A stretch of DNA of 63,155 nucleotides, the filler included, from Reclinomonas americana ATCC 50394 (taxonomy: Eukaryota), in assembly GCA_048213135.1 (NCBI GenBank). It is 12 parts of 12 records of this genome, joined end to end, with 100 filler letters (N's around TTAATTAATTAA, not from the genome) between each part and the next. Parts side by side here need not be neighbours in the genome. Positions count along the whole stretch, not along the records: positions 11,319 to 12,874 come from AFZH01019696.1; positions 12,975 to 15,927 come from AFZH01019697.1; positions 16,028 to 27,476 come from AFZH01019698.1; 9 more parts are not named here. One strand, 5' to 3'. The notes beneath the pieces were generated by a model. The model did not search any database, was not told the origin of the DNA, and worked only from the letters and a program-made list of their open reading frames with translations. Numbering within the stretch: the first letter of the stretch is position 1; every line of letters starts with the position of its first letter. The position numbers and the translations under genes are program-made. Positions 11,548 through 23,700 of this stretch are shown here, piece by piece.

Positions 11548-14500
11548 TGGCTTCTACGGCGAAGCATGGAAAGTCCGTCGCCGACCCTCCGCCGCCGCAC
11601 TCGCCCACGGCCGATCCTCGACACCCGTGCGCCACCGAGACACCATGCACACAGACACTGGCAGCAGCGGCGATCTGAGCGCGGTGATGAGCCCGGTGCA
11701 GGCGGCCGCAGCAGCGGCAGCGTCGGCGGCGGCGGCGGCTGGGGGTAGCGGCAGCTCGAGCGAACCCGAGTTTGTGGTGATCAAGAAGGTGCCGATAGAG
11801 AAATTGAATGATAAGCAGGTGCAGCGAGAGGTCGAGGCCATGAAGCAGGTGTGTGCAAGTGGGAGCTCTCTTGCTCCAAGTGGAGATGCTTTTTTCTCTC
11901 TCTCTCATTCTTCGCCTCTCTCCTGCTCTTCCTCTGTCAGCTCCACATTTTCTTTCCTCCTTCACCTCCTGTGCCTTCTTCATTTCCGCGTCCACTTTAC
12001 TCCACCTCCACCCCCACCTCCACCTCGTTCTCCTCAGTCTCCTCAGCTTTACATTCCTATCTCCTTCATCTTTGTCCTCTTTTTTCTCTCCCTGTCTTCC
12101 TCCTCCATTTCCTCCCCGTTCCCCTTTCTTCTCCTCCTCCCCCTCTCACTCTCACTCTCCCTCCTCCTCCTCTCCTCCCTTCGCCTTCTCCTCCTCCTTC
12201 TGTCCTCATCCTCCCTCTCCCTCCCCCCTTCGCCCTTCTCCCTTCACCCTCACCCTCCATTCTTCACAGACACGGCATCGCAACCTGGTGGAACTCTACG
12301 ACTTTTTCCGCACGCCCACCTGCGTGTGCTTTGTCATGGAATAGTTGCGCGCAGCCCCTTACCAACCCCTTCGCCCCACCAATCCCTCACCCTCTCCCCC
12401 TCCTCCATCACCCGCAGTGTCGGCGGCGGCGATATGCTGGGCCGCATTCTGCGTCAGCGACCCAACGAGCGCACTGCCGCTCGCTTTGCGCGCCACATCT
12501 TGTCCGGCCTCGCGCACTGTCACGCGCGGGGCATCCTGCATCGCGATCTGAAGCCAGAAAACATTCTGTTGACGTCCAAGGCCAGTCAGGCAGAGCTGGC
12601 CCGCATGGCGCGCAACCCGGGTGTGCTGGATACTGCCGTCGTGAAGGTATGCCTTTCTCTCTCGATTTGCTCACATGATGTCTCACATACCGCGTCATGC
12701 GCAGTTGACCGATTTTGGCTGGGCGGCTCTTTGTTGCGTGATTGCTGGTCGGAAAGTGAGGTGAAAGAGATGGTCGCTGACTTCGTGACACCACAGTGTC
12801 GTCCGACGAGGCACCCGGCGAGCGCGCCGGCACGTTGCAGTACATGGCTCCCGTTGCGTCTCCTTTCTTCTCCTNNNNNNNNNNNNNNNNNNNNNNNNNN
12901 NNNNNNNNNNNNNNNNNNTTAATTAATTAANNNNNNNNNNNNNNNNNNNNNNNNNNNNNNNNNNNNNNNNNNNNACGGCTGAGCAGGCGCTGTCGCACAG
13001 TTGGATCAAGGTGCGTAGAGGGGGAAGAGATGGAGAAGGGAGAGGAGAAGGGGGAGGAGAAGGGGGAGTAGAAGGGGAAGGAGAAGGGGAAGACGAGGGA
13101 GCGGAACCCTTGCTGTGCATCGTCTTTCGTCGTATTGCGTTGTGGTGGAAAAGAAACATGGATTGTGCATTTGTCTCTTTCCTTGATGTACACGTCTTCG
13201 CAGTCACATTGTCTTCTGGGTCGTCTCCTCACTCCTTTCTCTGCACTTTGCAAGCGGTAATGGTCACGAACTCTGCGCTGCCTTTGAATTCCATCGCTCT
13301 TTCCGTTACAACTCACTTTATCGTGCTTCGTGATCGCTGTTTTCCTTCTCGTTTCATTCCTTTCTCCGCACTGTGCAGTCTGCGATGGTCTCGATAGAGC
13401 AGCGGCTGTGGTTAGAACACCACACTGCATCTACAAATCATGCTCTGTGCCGTGGGTCCTGTCTCGTGGTTGCTGTTCTTCATCTCGTCTCGCTCCTTCC
13501 TCCACACTCGCAAGCGAAAGTTGCTGCGATGGAGCAGCGGCAGCAGTTGGCACTCCACTGCGCAGCGCCCTTGTCTTGTCTTCATTGTTGCCTTTCTCTT
13601 GTCATCTCTCACTCCTTCCGTGCGTTCTTGAATCGGGGCATCTTGGGTGTAAAGGCGGACACTGAGAGAGAAGAGCAGCGCTGTCTCTTATTGCTTCTTA
13701 TTTCCTGCCCCGCTCCATGTCGTCTTCGCAGTCGCTGCTTTCTCGCCAGATCACTTTCTCCAAGTGGCTGACTTGCCTGCATTCACTCTTCACCACCCGT
13801 TGAAATGTCAATCTGAACTCCCTTTCCTTTGCCCCGATGTCCTTTTTTCTGACCCTTTGCACTCCCCCCTCCTTCCCCCCTATCCCCTTGTCGCAGAACG
13901 GCGGCATGGTCGACGAATCCCCCATGGTCGAGGTCAACGACACCCTGCGGGCGCGCAACGCGTTCCAGGCACCCCGCGAAAGCATTCCAGCTGCCGCCAT
14001 TAGTCGCATGATGAGTGGCGACTTCCGTCCCATGTCGCGCCACCTGGCCATGCTCGTCAGCGACAGAGAAACGTCGCACACGCATGCCGTGGTCGAGGAT
14101 ATTTTGAGTTGCGGATGTCATCTCTTACGTTGTGTGCCTCCTCATTTCTCAAATCTTTCTGCAACAGTGTCACCCGGCATTCAGTCGCTCTTTGCTTCGC
14201 TCCGTGATTCCGGCTCACGGCGGCAGTCGGCGCAGGCTCTGATGAATATCTGCATGGATCGTTGCGTGATGCATGCAGTTGCTTTTCCTTGGTGGGAGAC
14301 TGACACGCATTGCAGCGTCCTCTCGTGGCATGGTTCACGAGTCGCGCGGAATTCGCATCATGGTGCTGTCCCCTGCATTGTTGCTCTTGCACAAACTCTG
14401 TTTCCTCATCGCGCTTCTGCTGCAGGCAAACACTCTGCGTGAGATTCGGCAGGAGGACTCTCCCGATGGCGACACTGCGTACTACTTGATGCGTGCTCTC

Positions 14501-17500
14501 GGTTACCTGTGCCAAGATCGTGCGTGTGGTCCTCTCTCTCGTCAGCTTTCCATTCCTCGCACTCATCCATTATCCTTCATGCGTTTAGCGAAACTGGCCT
14601 CTGTTGTCATCGAGTCCGAGGGCTTGCCGGCGTGTTTGGCGTGGGCCGATGTGCCGCCCTTCTTCGCGTGCGACATGTTGGTGGAGCTGGCTGGACTCGG
14701 TTGCGTACTCTTGTGTGTTTTGGTGATACGAGCACCGATGGTCTCACACTTCTGTGCGGCAGGTCGCGATTACCGACGGGCGGTGGTGAATGGTGGCGGC
14801 GTCCCTGCGATTGTCACGTCGGCGCGCCTCTCCACTCGTGTCACCACCCGAGCGAGTGCCGTGGTCATTCTCAGTCGTGTGATCATGTCCCGCCGAGGTT
14901 TGTGACATTGCTTGTGTGTCTCATCACTGGCGTGATTCTCATCCACGAGACAGGACTGCGCGCCGCATGGAACAAGTGCCTCCGCTCGCTGGTCGCTCAT
15001 GCCGACGAGGACATTCGCGCCGGCGGCTTGTGGGTGCTGTCGGAGCTCGCGTGCGGTACGAAGAGTCTGCTGCTGTCTTCCCTCTCTGTGTTCTCATCGC
15101 AGATCGTGCTCGCAGCCGAGGACACTGCCGCCGTCCTGCGCACCGCCGAAAACCTCGTCCCAATGATGCTGGAGGTGCTGGCCGAAGATCTGTATTCGCT
15201 CTGCAGGAAGCGTGCGGCCGACGTGCTCGGCTACTTGATCACTTGTTGCGTGTATGGAGATTGACGATCACGTGTCCTGTGCTTATGATTGTATGTGCAG
15301 CGTACTGCTCTTCTGGCGGCCCGATGGCCGACGAGGTGCGTACCCAGGTCATGTGCGAGTGTCCGTCCACGGAGGAGGGCAACGTCGCGGCGGACCCGGT
15401 TGGTGAACTGTTTTCGCGTGTGTGGTTGGAGCGCGCCGTGAATGGTGAGTGCCTTGTAGGGGGAAGGAAGGCATCACTGGACTGCACAGATTCTGCTCTC
15501 TCCTTAGTTTCAACACTTAAACAAACTGCATTGCAGAGTATTCAATGAGCTCTTTCTCACTCTCTCTCTCTCTCTCTCATCCTTTCTCTCACTTTCTCTC
15601 TCGCATTTCTTGGCAACCGAATGCCAGCACTCCAAGCGATTGTGTTGTTGACAACACCGAAGATTACAGAGTGCTGACCGTGCTCTCTCTCTCTCACACA
15701 CACACACTCTTTCGTCTCTCTCTCTCTTCTTGCCAACAAGTTTTCAGCAAGTCCACCGACTTTGTTGTTGATAGCACAGAAGAGAACAGAGTGTTCTTCA
15801 ATGTTCTCTCTCGCTCTCTCTCGCTCGCGCGCATTTCTTGCCAACCGATGTCAGCACTCCAAGCAAGTGTGTTGTTGATAGCACCGCAGAGAACAGAGTG
15901 TTCTTCAATGTTCTCTCTCTCTCTCTCNNNNNNNNNNNNNNNNNNNNNNNNNNNNNNNNNNNNNNNNNNNNTTAATTAATTAANNNNNNNNNNNNNNNNN
16001 NNNNNNNNNNNNNNNNNNNNNNNNNNNTCGTCGTCTCTCTCTCGTCTCGTCTCTCTCGTCTCGTCGTCGTCGTACGTACGTACGTCGTCGTCGTCGTCGT
16101 CGTCGTTCGTCGTGTGTCGTCTTCTCTCTCTCCCCTCCTCCCTCCCCCTCCCCCTCCTCTCTCTCTCTCTCTCTCTCGCTCTCTAACTCTTTCAGTGACA
16201 ACTCTGATCTCGCTCTCATTCTCTCACTCTCATTCTTCCCTTTGTGTTCACTCTCTCACTCCTCCCTTCCCCCTAATACAGGACCCCCTTCCTTCGGCCA
16301 CGAGGCAGAGCGCCGTATCACCAAGTCATCTCTGCTGCGCGTGCTGACTCCCGAGTGGATCTTCCGCTCCGATTCGCTGTTCCCGCAGTCTCTGCAACTC
16401 AAGGTCTTTTTTCTCCTGCCGCACTATCCCCCTGCACCATCGACATCTCACCTCCACGCAGGTCGCCATCCGCGCCGCACGGCCGTTGCGCTACTATCTG
16501 GAGGTGACGGCGCACAACAAGGTGCTGCTGCTGTGCGGTCTGGTTGCTGGCTCGGTCGACATTATCAGCAAGGTCTCCTGCGTGTGTCTGCATTATCCCT
16601 TGTGGTGGCGTAATACTCATCTTCTATCCGTGCAGGAACTGGAGGTTGGCAACGTGCCGGACACAGTGGCTCTGGTATGCATTTCTCTCCCCTACTTTGT
16701 GCAACGCACGCACACTCATCACCATTCCTTGGCGCACAGGATGTCTTCCACGGTCGAACTCTGCGGGGTGGTGTCCGTCGGTACATTGGCCGGCACAAAG
16801 GCAAGGCTGGCGACACGATTGGCATGGCTGTCGACGCTCTCAATATGGCGGTACGTAGACGCCTCGTGTGCCCAATCTCGACCTTGTTTCTTCTCCACTG
16901 CTTGTTTGTCACCGCTTCTCTGCTGTCTCTCCTGCTTTTCCCGCCTCTCATCTTTCTTCCTGCCCCTGTTTCTCTGCCATGCCCTCTTCCCATCTCTCTG
17001 ACATCGATTGCTGCCCGTTCATCAGTCAGAATCAACTTGCTGTCTATCTGTTCCCTGTGTTGCCCAGCCCTCCTCTCTTCTTTCCTTCGCGCACCATGCG
17101 TCTTCTCATCCTCTCAGTTCTTTCTTCTTTCTCCCAATCCACCTGTGCGTATTCTCAACCTATCTTACCTTTTGCGCGTTTCACCCTTCCCGTTGCGCTC
17201 ACTTGGCTACTGTCTTGTGTCGCATGTCATTCTTCTCCTCTCTTTCATTTTCTCTTCCTGCATTCTGTCTCTCTTCTCCTTCTCCTTTTCCTACCCCCTC
17301 CCTTCCCCTCATGCACCCTTCCCCTGTCGCCAGGTCTACTACTACGTCAACGGCACGCAACTCGAGTACGATCGCGGCGACCCAACCGCAGCCTTTGTGG
17401 CCGCTGACTTTGGACGCTCGTCGTACGCACCGTGCATCACCTTTGGCTCTGGCCAGCAGGCGGCGGTCAATTTCGGCGAACAACCTTTCCGGTGCGCTTG

Positions 17501-17688
17501 TCCTCTCAATGACATCTTACGTTCGCTGCTGCTCTCTGCTTATCATCTTCCCCAGATTCGCACCACCGCCCGGATTCCTGCCATTTTCGGAGCTGTTTTC
17601 GTTGGAAAACTCACCACTACCACCCTTCCTGTCACCGGCTGTCGGCGGTGGACCAAGTTCGCCGTTCCCACGCAGCCCCGCGCGTTGA
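11548..17688 (+). CDS. CAMK-like Ser/Thr kinase fused to ARM-like repeats and a C-terminal SPRY domain (multi-exon, 5' incomplete, spans two gaps)
   Basis: Kinase exons: GFYGEAWK, VVIKKV, HRNLVELYDFF...VMEYVGGGDML, HRDLKPENILL, LTDFGWA, AGTLQYMAP, TAEQALSHSWIK. This is spliced in phase 0 to NGGMVDESPM at 13898. Helical repeats follow (VVNGGGVPAIV, EDIRAGGLWVLSELA), then SPRY motifs RYYLEV, AGDTIGMAVD, VYYYVNG, YAPCITF...VNFGEQPFRFAPPPGF. Stop at 17688. Confidence 0.75.
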
Positions 17689-17774
17689 GAGGACTCTTTG
17701 TGGGGTTATTTTTTGGGCTCGTTCAATGCAGGTGGTGGTGGTATTCGCACGTGCTTGTGATCATTACTGTTGTT

Positions 17775-20700
17775 TCATTCGACATCGAGCAGAGCAGTGT
17801 GTGAATCGGGACTTCGTGCACTCTGCAAGCACACACACATAACAGGGGTCAGATCGCTGCGATTGGAGTGCCATAGGTAAGGTGCGCACACACAAACCTC
17901 CACTGGTGATAGTGCGGCGGCGGAACCCGCGTCAAAGTTGAGCATCACCGATGTTCTTCGCACTGACGGGCGACTCACGTCCGTCAACGACGTCCGATCA
18001 ATGTCGTCGTCGACGGGCTGCACCGCTGCACTGCCGTCTCTGCTCGTGCGCTGTTCGTGGAGCGCCTGCATGCGTTCGGCCACGCGGTCGGAGATGCTGG
18101 CGCGTCGACGTGAGGGTCGTGCTTTCGAGGCGCTGGACTGGCGCTGTGGGGAGGGTGAGTGGCAAGAGGGGGAAGGGAAAGAGAAGGGAAAGAGAAGAAA
18201 GGGCACAGGAGAGAGGAGAGGCAGCGAGAGAAGATTGGAGAAGAGGAAAGAATGGAGGGGAACAGAGGAGACGAGAAGAGAAGGCGAGAGAAGAGATCCC
18301 CATTTGCTTCTCTTCTCTTCTCTCCTCTCCTTTCCTCTCCTCTCCTCTCCTCGTCTCTTCTTTTCCCTTCGCCATTCTTTGTCTATTCTCTTCTCCTTTC
18401 CTCTCTTTTTCTTGTCCTTTCTTCTCGAGAAGTGAAGGGGATCGGAGAAAGAGGGGAAGACAAGTGAGGACAAGAGGAGAAGAGAGAAGACGACGACAAC
18501 AGGAAAGAAAAGAGAAGGCAATTCAAGAAGAAGAAGATGGGCAGAGACGAGAAGACAGGTGGCAATCTCTGTGTCTCCGCAACTGAAGGTCGCTGACTAC
18601 TCCTCGCCGTGTACGATCCAACACTCAATCGACGACTGCCAGCGCCATTCATGTACGGCGCCGCGTCTTGATTGGACCACGAAGCGGCCGACAGTGACAG
18701 CGATTGTGGTTGCTGATCATGCCATGACAGGCCGAGTGCGCGAAGCTCCGAGTCCGACTTGGCCAGCAGTCGTCGACATGAACTGCATAAGCAGAGAGCG
18801 GTGAGTGCGAGGCACGCAAAAAGATGATTCAGCGCTGAGAGGCGGAGCGAGACGCAACGGAGAGTTCTTGAACTCCATTTTCCACGAGTGCACCTTGCGC
18901 AGGTTGAGGTGCGTCATTTCACTGGCGAACACTTCCAGTGGGTCGCTGCTGGTGCCCTCGAGTAGCAGCGACAAGCGCTGATGCAGTCGTTGGCTGCATG
19001 CCACAAGAGAGAATGAGATCTTGGCAAGTGAATTGATGCTGGCAAGAGAGACTCACCTGGCAGTTGTCATCGACGCCAAGGCCACCACGGATCGGCTGAA
19101 CAGGTTCGCTTCGTTGCCCTGCAGTATGTTCTTCAACAGCAAGTCCACAGCTCCATCCATGCGGTCATCGAGCTGCAAGAATAAAGAATGAGAACAGTGG
19201 TGTGCAAGGGAGATGAGAGGGTAAAGCACCGCACCTCCACGTTGATCGACAAGAGGTGCACCAGTGTCACAGTGGCCTCCTGCAGCAAGTCGCCATCACC
19301 GCAGCCGAGCATCTGGGTGCGACAATGTAAAGTAGTCAGTGGCAGTGCGGAGTGCAGATGTATTGTGAGAGGCATACCTTGGTCAGTGCAGCCGTCACGC
19401 CGACACGACCGAAGCTGTCGTCGGATCCGTACACCACCGACGTGTTCTTGCACAGGCGAATGCCGAGGACCTTGAAGACGGGCTGTGATGGGGGGAACAG
19501 GGCGTCAGCAATGACCACAACATTGGAAATGCACTCTCACGCACCTCGGAGGGCACTTGCAGGGCGCGCGACAACAAGCGCGGAAACGACACATCGTGAT
19601 AATCCTCCACTGGCACCACATCTCGGAGGATTGGTTGCAGGTGGCGTGACTCGGCCATGCGCAACAAAGCCTGAACGAGGGGTGCTTCAGTGGCAACATC
19701 AAGAGGGACACAAAGGTCACTGGTTGACGAAACCTTGAGAATGCAAAACGCGACAAGGTAATCCTCGCGGGCACAGTCACCGCTTTCCATCTCGGAGACG
19801 GTCTTGTCGAGCACGCGGAGGAGACTGCGTACGCTCTGCGCCGTGCACATCTGCGCGCACAAGAGGGCAGATTAGGCCTCGTTCATGAACGCAGAACAAC
19901 CACACACCACTCACCCACGCATGGTTTCCGTCGTCTTCCGCAGCAACCTTGCAAAACATACCAATGACCAGAAACAAGCGACGTGCGCAGTGCGGCGAAC
20001 TCATGAGCACGATCAGTATCTCCAGCAGTCCGCTCATACTGGCCGGTCGGCGACAGCGTGGTGGAGCCTGCATGTGAGAGGGATGAGAGAAGAGAAGGGA
20101 GAGAAGGGGAGAGAAGGGGAAGAGAAGGGCGGGAGAGGATGGGCGAAGAGGGAAGAGAAGGGAAAGGGAAGGGGGAGAGAAAAGGAAGCAAGGGGAAAAC
20201 ACAGGAAAACACGGGAAATGAAGGGGAAAAAGAAGGGAAGAGAAGGGGAAGTGTGGGGGAAGTGTGTGGGAGGGGAGGGACGACAAAAAGGTACTGTCGT
20301 CGCGCGTGCACGCACAACGATGAGATATCGACGTGCGGGACGGGCCGCAAGGAAAGAGCGAGAAAGGGATAGAAGGGGGTGCACTAAAAGGGAAACGAAG
20401 GGGAAAAGAAACAGGACGGAAGGAGGAAGCTGACCAGGGGCGAAGAGAAAGCGACGGAGATTAGCGGAAGGGGATGCGCATTATGCACTGGTCTCTTTCC
20501 ATTGTCGTGCCTCCATGACGCAACATATTGCACCACAATGGCCGTACATCGCAGCAGCTTGGTCATAAAGTCGACATTTCGGTAGGCGTTCTGCACAAAC
20601 AGCTCGTGCTCGATGCGATCACGCGCCAGCGCCAGAAATTCGGAAACTTGCTCCTCGCCCTTGTAGGGGAAGCGGTGGTCGGCTGCGCGACGACGGAGGT

Positions 20701-23700
20701 GAGTGAATTGCACAAGGAGTCTCACTTAAAAGCTCGCTCATTCGCTCAACTGTCGGCACACGCTGCGATCTCGTCCATCATCTCGTACAGGCGGTTCTGT
20801 TGCACGTACGAGCCGCCACTGGGTGGGCGCAGATTCCACCGACTTGTGTCCCCAGCTGCTGCGCTACCCACAGGCTTGCCGGGCGTGGTGGTGTGTGGAG
20901 CGGAAATGTGTGACCATGGCGACGGAACGCCACCCTGCGTGACTGTCAGCGACTTGACGGAAGAATGCAAGGAGTTGTGAACAGAAACGAAACTCGCTGC
21001 GCTCCACCTCCTGCTGCCATCTCTGTCATCCGTGGCGACTGCAATCCGTCGGTCACTGGTGGTCTCGGTTGCCCTATGGGGGAAAAGATAAGATAAAGAT
21101 GAAACGCCAGAAAGAGACAGCCTCGAGAGAGCGCACCTTGACTCTGCATAAAGTTGGCCACCAGCGGCCGCAGACGCTGTCGTGCCAATTGCTCGGCCGA
21201 CACCATGTCTCCCTGACGCACACTCTCCTGCACGCTTTCCATCACTCGTGACAGCATGTTCAACACGGCAAAGTTTTGCGAAAGCGCTGCTCGCATCAGT
21301 GCCGCACTGCCTTCCACGAGCGCCGCCTGCACCTCCACACTGACGGCTGCAAATCGCTGCCCTTCGCCCGTCACACCCGCCAGGGCGTGCACTCGGCTGT
21401 GCGCTTCGCCCCACTGCGATGCGGATTCCACCGCGGGCGAGCCGCCCATGAGCGAGTGCGCACTGGCGGCGTGACTCTGGTGACCGGCGGGGCTGTCGCC
21501 AAAGGCCAGCAGGCCCATGCGGGAATTCAACCGCGGCACCGAGCCCACCGAGTCCAACCGATCGCGTGCCATGACATCGCTGCCGCCGAGCAGATCCACC
21601 TCCAGGTGTGTGCGATCGGCCGATAGGCCAGAGCCGGCACCGGCGGCTGCATTCACCGCGCCCGCGAGAATCAGCCGGTCAAAGTTGTTCTGCCGCGTAG
21701 GCGAAAGGAGAGTGAGGGGAAGATGGTGACGAAGGGGAAAGGATCGGGGAACGAGGAACAAGGGTTGAGGGAGGACGATTGAGGAACGAGGGTTGGGGAA
21801 CAGGGGTTGACAAACGAGGGTTGCGCGACGAGGGTTGCGGGTTGAGGAACGAGAATTAAGGAACGGGGGCTGCGGGACGAGGGTTGACGAACAAGGGCTG
21901 ATGGACGATGGTTGAAGAGCGAGGGTTGAAGAACGAGGGTTGAGGGACGAGGACTGGTAGCAGAAATAAGGACTGCATGCAGAGGATCATGGGCTGAGGG
22001 TCACAGACATGTGGTCAAAAGTAGAGAGTCAGAGACAGAGACCGAGAGCAGAGAGTCAAGAGACACACGGTAATCAGTGTTGATTTCCTCACCAACACTT
22101 GCTGCCGCTTCCATGCCGGCCCCGCCTGCTCCGTCGTCAGCTCCACGTTGGGGCCAGTCGACTCGATCTCGCGATGCACCACGAGAGTGCCGTCACCGTC
22201 CATGTCACCCCACTCGCCACCATCACCATCGTCGTCGTCGACGTCGTTGCCTCCACTCTTTTCATCTTTCGCAGCCGTGGTAGCAGCTGCGACGTCCACG
22301 GACCAGTCGGCCACTCGTCGAGCCACAGAGCCCATGGCGGCGGCAGTCGGCAGCGGCAGTGGCAGACCAGGTGCATCAATCAGCGACACTGCCGAGAGCG
22401 ACGCCACGCTGTCGGTGTGGTACGGGGCAGCCGCAGACGCGGTGGCCACGCCGAGCCGTGCTGCAACGGGCGACCGTGGCGGAGGAATGGTGGATCGCGA
22501 AGAAGCACTGGAGTCTGCCGACGGTCCACCACCGCCGTGCACGCCACCACGCAGCTTGAAGGCCTTTGGTCATGGAAGAGTGGAGGTGAGATTGGATTAG
22601 AAGGCTGGGGTGGTGCGACGCAAATACGCACCGCCACACTGGACCACTGCACTTGCGTTGCCGACACGGAGTAAGCGTCGGCGGGGACTCCAACGACTTT
22701 CATGATTTGCCGGCACCGATCGACAGCCGAGGCAGTGGGTGAGCCGGGCATGTCTGCGGGCAGTAACCGAGAGTACCTGTGTTGCTTTCGTTGGTAAGAA
22801 GATGCGATGCAAGGAAGCAGGGAGTGATAGAGGTAAGGAAGAAGGAGGTGAAAGGGATATGGAGGGAATGGTGAAGGAGGGTAAGGCTGAAGGAGGGAAT
22901 GTGAAACGGGAAGAGTGATGGAAGAGAAGAGTGAATGAGGTGGTGGGCGAAGGAGGGAATGGTGAAAAGGGAAGAGTGATAGAGGGGAGGGCGATTGAGA
23001 GAAGGGTGGAGGAGGTGAAGGGCGAAGGAGAGAAGTAAAAGGTAGCTCCAAGTACAGGAACGCAACATCGCAACAAACTGGTCAACGGGCATGGCGTTGC
23101 GCATGCACACTCGCTCCCACAACATGGACGCATGGACACGCAATTGTCGCTCAACAGCGGCCACATCGAACGACCGCTTGGACTGCCAGTAAAAGAGTGA
23201 GCAAGCAAAGGTGGCGCTTTCTCCAACGTGAACATCTCACCGGATCGAAGAGTCGCACACAGCGCACGGTGATGCGATCGTCCGACGTCTCCCACGCCTC
23301 CAGCAAGTGCCCAAGTTCCTCCTGTTTCCAAGAGGTGAGACTAATGGCAACGCGAGGACGGCAACTGCACATCACGAACCAAATACAATGACGACACGGT
23401 GCGACCGAGTGTGTTGTCGCGCACAATCTGTGCATCATGCAGCGACGATAGCTGACTACGCTGCTTGAATGATTCACGCACAGCCGCCAGGCCACTCTCA
23501 CTATGGGGTAGAATCAGTGAGTGGCGCAATCCACCTCACTCTTCGCCTCCAAGAACGCACCTCATGAGGGTGGCCAAATCATTCGGCACCGCAACGTAAT
23601 TGCCGCTCAGCAGGCGCGACGCCTCGTACGACACGCGGAGTCCACTGAGTGGAAACGCCACCGTCACCATGTCGGGCTGCACGCCGAAATGCAGGCACGG

